DNA of 64,000 nucleotides from Octopus sinensis (Eukaryota): NCBI RefSeq assembly GCF_006345805.1, contig NC_043003.1, positions 92,194,001 to 92,258,000 of the forward strand, read 5' to 3'. Shown piece by piece: positions 57,066 to 64,000 of this stretch (position 1 is its first letter; each line of letters starts with the position of its first letter). The notes under the pieces were generated by a model. It saw only the letters and a program-made list of their open reading frames with translations, ran no database searches and was not told where the DNA came from. The position numbers and the translations under genes were made by a program.

Positions 57066-57609
57066 AATATTTGACAAAAATTACGTATGAGGAGTTTTAG
57101 ATCCTAGAACATGTTTATGTTTGTAAGCGTGAGCGTCAATAGTTAAAAAAAATATATATATGATAAAAATATATAATAAAAACAAAAAAATAAAAATAAA
57201 TAAATAAAAATTAATATACCAGACATAAAATACGTTTGTGTATTTTTAAGAATATTAATCTAAATATATTTTTGCGCATTAGTTTTTAAAAAACAAATAA
57301 TATGCTAAGGATTTATGGTGAAATAGGAAATAACTCCTTTTATTCTTCTATACTATTAGGAAAAATACATGTTATTCAGACAATTTATTCAGAAAAATTC
57401 TTTATTCTCACTAGTATTATAAAACAAAAACAATATGCGATTAGTCATGGCTAAATACCAAAAGAATTTATTTAAAGTACTTTATCCTCACTAGGCCAAT
57501 ACTAAATAATACTATAAATTACACAGTATTCATTATATACATACATACATTTATATATATATGTGTGTGTGTGTGGGTGGGTGTGTATGTATGTATGTAT
57601 GTATGTATA

Positions 57610-57695
<86 letters not shown>

Positions 57696-58468
57696 CGTGG
57701 GTATGTTCGTATGTTGAAACTAGAACCATTATATACCTACAGATGTATACACGCACACAAACACACCCACAGGGCGCGGGTGTTCGCACAAAGACAATCC
57801 TACATACATTCCTGCTTACGAGAACTACTAGAAATTTTAGAAGTTAATGTATAATGCAATTATAATCAATACCATAACATGACGGGAACTCATTTTCTCG
57901 ACTCCAGAATAAATGAATACGTGTCCGCGGCGAACTTCTTTTTAAAAAGTTAAAGGGACATAAATAGAACGTACGGGAAATTGTTTCCCCTTGGATAAAC
58001 GCTGTATCAAATGAACATCTAAGTATTTCTTGCATAACAAAATTTAATCGCTCGCATAGCGATGTACGAGGAACTACATTTCAATATCAATTAACGAGGA
58101 AACATCTGTCATATATTTTGTTCTAGAATTGACATTATTATTCTCGTATTTATAATGATTTGGAAAAATATATCGTACTCACGTGAATTATATCAGTTGG
58201 AGATATCGAGCACGACTGATTAGCAATTATTTCGATTACTATTTACCTTTGGTCATTAGTAATTATAAACCTAGTTACGACAGAGTTGCTACAGAATCCA
58301 TAAGTCAATATTAATACTGATTAGAAAAAAAACTGGCCAATTTCTAGAATTGTTTTTACTATTTTTCTTGAGTCATAAATTCAAAAGCATAATTTTAGTA
58401 TGTATGTATGTATATGTAGTATGTATGTATGTATGTATGTATGTATGTATGTATGTATTTATGTATGT

Positions 58469-59020
58469 CAGGTCACTTTCGAGAGCTACTGGTAACATGT
58501 AACCCAGTACAACCTGTTGCATGGTCGGGTCGTTGGCGACTAAACCGGCAACCTCACCAAGCTTGCTTGGTGAGGAGGGTGTTTATTGGACACCCTGCGG
58601 GATGAAAAACAAAACCCGTCAAAGGGCGGAGGAACTCTTGAGAGTCAACGGCCATTCAATAAATGTCTTAAGGCTGGATCATGCGCGGGGACATAGAAAT
58701 AATCGGACTGAATACCCGATCGCGCGATTAAACCATTGGGAGTGAAGGACTCCTAGCCTTTGTTAGGGCATCCTTCTAGGAGAAGGTAACTCAGGTAACT
58801 GGGATGACTCCGACATAAGACCTGCGGCTCAGTGGTTACCAATGATGTTGACTTGTTCTTCTTTTCAGATTATGTCCGCTGTTGCTTAGTGAGTGGGATT
58901 GACTCAGTGCACGGCCTTTACTCACTTTTAAAAAAATCTTCTTGCACAGGCATTGCACAATAACAACATTGATTAAGCTTCGTGCAATGGCCATACTCGA
59001 TAACGAGGGGGCAGCCACCA
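58469..59020 (+). mobile_element. Retroelement 5'-UTR-like fragment in (TATG)n; related copy at about 42225-42375
   Basis: The two loci align by eye (GGTCACT..CTGGTAAC..CCAGTACAACCT..GACTAAA); GC-rich hairpins; microsatellite flanks. Confidence 0.5.
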
Positions 59021-59434
59021 TGTATGTATGTATGTATGTATGTATGTATGTATGTATGTATGTATGTATGTATGTATGTATGTATGTATGTATGCATATA
59101 TGTATGCATGTATGTATGTATGTATGTATGTATGTATGTATGTATGTATGTATGTATGCATGCATGTATGTATGTATACATTTAGTTGGACAGAATATCT
59201 TACGATTCCGTACTGTTACTGTTTATCTCTTGCTCAGAGATTTAATATAAATTTTCTCTCTTTTTACTAGATCAGCGGGAGTGTGTCACCCAACATCGCT
59301 TGACAACCGATGCTGGTGTGTTTAAGTCCCTGTAACTTAGCGGTTCGGCAAAAGGGACCGATAGAATAAGTACTAGGCTTACAAAGAATAAAGGTCCTGG
59401 GGTCGATTTCTTCGACTAAAGGCGGTCCTCCGGC

Positions 59435-59501
<67 letters not shown>

Positions 59502-60035
59502 GCACCAATTCAATTCAAAGATCAAATTTTGAAGTGGTTGCATGTTGAAGAACAACTAGAGGAAAAGACTGAAAAGAATAGTTATTTCTTAATTCGGATT
59601 AATGAGTTCAACATTGTAGGCAATTACAGTACGCTTCTCTTAGTGTACATTATTTTAATGACTCTAAATTGTAACATATAGAATATTTGTAAAATGCTTT
59701 GAAACTAAATAATACTACTGTGACATTTACTTTTCTTGCTTTAAGTTTTTGGCTTGATGAAAATAAAGGAAGTTCCATGAATTTTTTTTTATCAATTTCA
59801 CCTAATGGTTTGAAGGCATACAGGTCTTGTAGCATATCTGAAAACTGTTTGTTCCGAAGTGATAGCAATGTACTGCATTGTTTTTTAGAAAAAAAAATGT
59901 TGCATTATTTTACTTTTTGTTCATGATGATGATGATGATGATGATGATAGGAACGATAATGATGAAAGTGAAATGATAGAAACGATAATGGTGATGAAAA
60001 TATTGATGGTAACAATAACTATAATGATGGTGGCA

Positions 60036-60071
<36 letters not shown>

Positions 60072-60196
60072 TGAAAATGATGATGATTATGATGTAAAGA
60101 AAATCAGAAAGATGATATTAATCTAAATATATGGTGATGAAACTGATGACGTTGATATGAGCAATAAAGATAATGAGAAGAATGATAAAAACGATA

Positions 60197-60258
<62 letters not shown>

Positions 60259-60484
60259 AATGACGGTAATGATGACGTTTTTATCTTTTTATTTTTATCT
60301 TTTAATAGGTTTCAAAAAATTGTTAGAAAAACGAAAACGAAAGACAGGAGGATATTAATCTGGTACGTTACCACACATCAAACCAGTCGATACATCCCGA
60401 TATTGAAACTACACCGAACGGATTAATTGAAAAAATAAATCATTGAATCAATTTAACTGTTTGTTTATGTACAATATACATAAA

Positions 60485-60754
60485 ATGAGAATTACTACAG
60501 CCATCACACTGGCACTTTTGCTAGTTGTTATTCACCCAATCAAACTGTCGTTGGCGGCCCATACTCCATGTAAAGCGTGTGAAATAAATGATGAACTCTT
60601 ATTCCAGAAATCCTGGGTTTGTGGTGAATGTGGTTCCTTATACAAGAACACTGCAATAGAGTACTGTTGCTTTTGCGACCAGGAATACTACGACAAATGT
60701 CTCATCGCCTCGGGTATCGATAAGGACAGAGACACTAATCTTAACCCGCACTAA
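60485..60754 (+). CDS. Secreted cysteine-rich peptide precursor (89 aa, 8 Cys), CHH/ITP-like neuropeptide or toxin candidate
   Basis: ATG in AAAATG context. Signal-peptide-like N-terminus MRITTAITLALLLVVIHPIKLSLA. Mature part has C-x2-C-x13-C-x2-C-x11-CC-x-C-x7-C. Non-repetitive, uninterrupted ORF. Pyrimidine-rich acceptor ttttatcttttaatAG ends at 60308; AATAAA at 61359. Confidence 0.85.
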   Translation: MRITTAITLALLLVVIHPIKLSLAAHTPCKACEINDELLFQKSWVCGECGSLYKNTAIEYCCFCDQEYYDKCLIASGIDKDRDTNLNPH

Positions 60755-60969
60755 CATTTCTGAACGATCTCCTTGTTTTTTTCTGTTGGCGGATTTGCAG
60801 AATTGTTAAAGCAAAGATTAAAATAACTCGTTGTATTTACTTCTCTTTACGTTCTGAGTTCACATCCTGCTAAAGTCAACTTTGTTTTCCATCCTTCCCA
60901 GAAGCACTAGTAAAAGACTGGGATCAATACATTTTAAAGATACTCATCTCTCCAAATTATTATTATTAT

Positions 60970-61028
<59 letters not shown>

Positions 61029-61222
61029 AGGCGGCGAGTTGGCAGAATCTTTAGCATGGCGGGCAAAATGCTTCACGGCATTTCGTCCGTCTTTACGTTC
61101 AGAGTTCAAATTCTGCCGAAATCGACTTTGCCTTTCATCCTTCGAAATCGATAAAATAACTATCAGTTGAGCACTGAGGTCAATGGAATTGACTTGCTGG
61201 CCTTGTGCCAAAATTATTATTA

Positions 61223-61262
<40 letters not shown>

Positions 61263-61653
61263 CGTTGTTGTAATCGCTATCGTTGTCGTTGATTTCATTT
61301 GACAAAATACAAATCTAAGGTCTTGTAGCAAAGGAACACAGTCAAGTCAATTGATTTCAATAAAATTTCATGAAAGTTTTTTTTATAAACCCTGTTATCA
61401 ATGAAAAAAAAAATGTCAGTTCTGTTAGTAATTTGAACCTTGATTGTAGAAGGGCAAAATTAAAATGTCGTATGATCATTTAGTCCATTGTTCTAATTTT
61501 TATGCCAACCCTCCAATCGCTATTATTACTACTGATGTTATCCTCTACCAGCTATTTCGCGCCATTTACTTTTTGGCAATTTGCGGAGTAAAAGTTAGAT
61601 GGACACTTTTACGAGATATTTCCCTTCGTTAATAAAGTTAAATCTATCTTATG

Positions 61654-61700
<47 letters not shown>

Positions 61701-61796
61701 GTATGTAAGTGTATACATGCATATATACATATATATACATGCTTACATACACACACGTACATATGCATATACATACATACATACATAATATATATA

Positions 61797-61834
<38 letters not shown>

Positions 61835-62057
61835 GTATGTAAGTGTATACATGCATATATACATATATATACATGCTTACATACACACACGTACATATGC
61901 ATATACATACATACATACATAATATATATATATATATATATAAAGTTGAAATTTATAGAAAATGATAGTTAAAATTTATAGAAAAACAAAGCACGAAGAC
62001 AGGTGTATGAATAACAAACAAGTGCATTAGTTTGACGCTGGGGAAAATGGAAAAGCG

Positions 62058-62091
62058 TTTTACGTTTCGAGCCATAGCTCTTCAACAGAAA
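62058..62091 (-). ncRNA. Non-canonical hammerhead-like motif, family copy 3
   Basis: TTT-CTGTTGA-A-GAGC(TATG)GCTC-GAAA-CG-TA-AAA within the same repeat family (about 61945-62110). Confidence 0.5.
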
Positions 62092-62150
62092 GGAATAAGA
62101 GAAAATAGAGATTTCAGCGGTCCAACATGATGAATATATATATATATATG

Positions 62151-62182
<32 letters not shown>

Positions 62183-63462
62183 GATACACAGATATGAAAT
62201 ATACGATGTATGTAAGATTTACTTGTAAATTACAGAACCCCTCCCCTCTCAGTTCTGTGATCTCCAAGTTTTATTTCAACTATCAGCGAATTACGTTGTG
62301 TTGTTATTGTTGTTGCTATTATCATCGTTGTTGTTGCTGTTGTTATTATTATTATTATTATCATTATTATTATTATCATTATTATTATTATTATTATTAT
62401 CATCGTCGTCGTTGTCATCATCATCATCATCTTCATCATCATCGTAATCATCAGGATCAGGATCATCATCAGGCCAGTGGGCTGGCAGAATCGTTAGAGC
62501 GTTGGAGAAAATGCTTTGCGGTATTTGTCCCAACTCTCCATTTCGAATTCAAATCCCTTCGAGGTCAACTTTGTCTGTCGACCTTTGACCTTTTCGAGTT
62601 CGATAGCAAAAGGTACGAGTAAAATACATGGGTCGATGTAATAAAACCTCATCTGCTCCCTTCCCTCCCCAAGAAAAAAATGTTTAGGTTTTCTGCTAAA
62701 AATAGCATGAAATATTGCTTTCAAATTTTGGTACAAAACCAACAATTTCTCGAGAGTGGGGAAAATCGGTTTCATCGACCCCAGTGCTCTTTTATCGACT
62801 CCGAAAGGGATGAATGGCAAAGTCGACCTCTGTGAAATTTGAACTCAGAAAGTAATGACAGACGAAATGCCGCTAAGAATTTTACCCAGCCTTATTCTGC
62901 CAGCTCACAGCCTTCGAGTAGAAAGAAATATTGTAAATGTGATATAGTGGCAGAAACGGTAGAGAGCTGGAGCAATGAAGAAAAAAATTCACTGTTACTC
63001 CCCTTTATATTCTCGGTTCAAACCACACTGAAGGGAACTTTGCCGTTCATACTTCTCTCATTCCACCTTCCCCCACCCGGAGTTAATAAAATACATACCG
63101 AGCCTATACAGGGATCAGTTAATCGATTAAAAAAAAGCAAAACATTACCTACAAAAGATGCTATGGTTTTGCATATGTATCGTAACTCAATGTTTAAATG
63201 TCAAAATTTATAAAATAATAATGATAGTAATAATAAAGTTATATGTAATTCCATCTCCACACGTACATGAAAAAATCTATTTAAAGATGAATATTTAATG
63301 AAAAAAACACAAAGATAAAAATATAAAAATATGAAAAAATGCTTAAAAAATATATTTAATGCAAAATAAAATAATGCCAAATAATATTTATTCTTCAGTT
63401 TATTTTGTTATTACGCTCACTCATTCTGTCTAATTCTTCCTCTCTTACATTATATATATGTA

Positions 63463-63571
<109 letters not shown>

Positions 63572-63595
63572 TATATATTTGTGTGTGTGTGTGTG

Positions 63596-63956
63596 TGGAG
63601 CAGCAATGACCCAATGGTCGTAGGATCGCGGGTTCGTTTCCCAGACCGGGCGTTGTGAGTGTTTATTGAGCGAAAACACCTAAAGCTCCACGAGGCTCCG
63701 GCAGTGGGTGGTGCCGAACCCTGCTGTACTCTTTTACCACAACTTTCTCTCACTCTTTCTTCCTGTTTCTGTTGTACCTGTATTCCAAAGGGCCAACCTT
63801 GTCACACTCTGTGTCACGCTGAATCTCCCCGATAACTACATTAAGGGTATCCGTGTCTGTGGAGTGCTCAGCCACTTGCACGTTAATTTCACGAGCAAGC
63901 TGTTCCGTTGATCGGATCAACTGGAACCCACATTGTCGTAACCGACGGAGTGCCAC
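63596..63956 (+). mobile_element. tRNA-derived SINE family C
   Basis: tRNA-like head with GGTTCGTTTCC B-box; collinear with the reverse-strand copy at 11664-12035. Confidence 0.88.
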
Positions 63957-64000
63957 GATATATATATATCAGATGTTCAAGAAAGATTCACTCATTGATA

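Noticed and set aside
58500-58600. Possible HDV-like ribozyme in a retroelement leader
   Set aside because: Hairpins are present (CCTCACCAAGC-TT-GCTTGGTGAGG), but I could not fit the nested double pseudoknot.

Overview
AT-rich, microsatellite-dense eukaryotic genomic DNA. The SINE families and repeat content point to an octopus (cephalopod) genome; this is an inference. Most of the window is decayed transposable elements: Dong/R4-type RLE LINEs in (TAA)n tracts, RTE, CR1-like and Tx1/L1 fragments, Helitrons, pogo/Tigger, Tc1/mariner, a hAT MITE and three tRNA-derived SINE families. Most ORFs in the track are microsatellite artefacts. Three things stand out. (1) A set of type I hammerhead ribozyme (HHR) motifs sits in short, often fold-back elements beside (TA)n tracts. 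One is fully canonical (13949-13994, minus strand) and two carry the compensatory U3-A8 core variant. They are probably Penelope-LTR or retrozyme-like elements. (2) The only convincing host gene is a single coding exon (60485-60754) for an 89-aa secreted 8-Cys peptide whose motif resembles the CHH/ITP neuropeptide superfamily. (3) An old triplicated non-coding block (about 22.4, 33.0 and 50.0 kb) has CRE/TATA/Inr-like architecture. All structures were read by eye; no searches or folding programs were run, and element boundaries are approximate.
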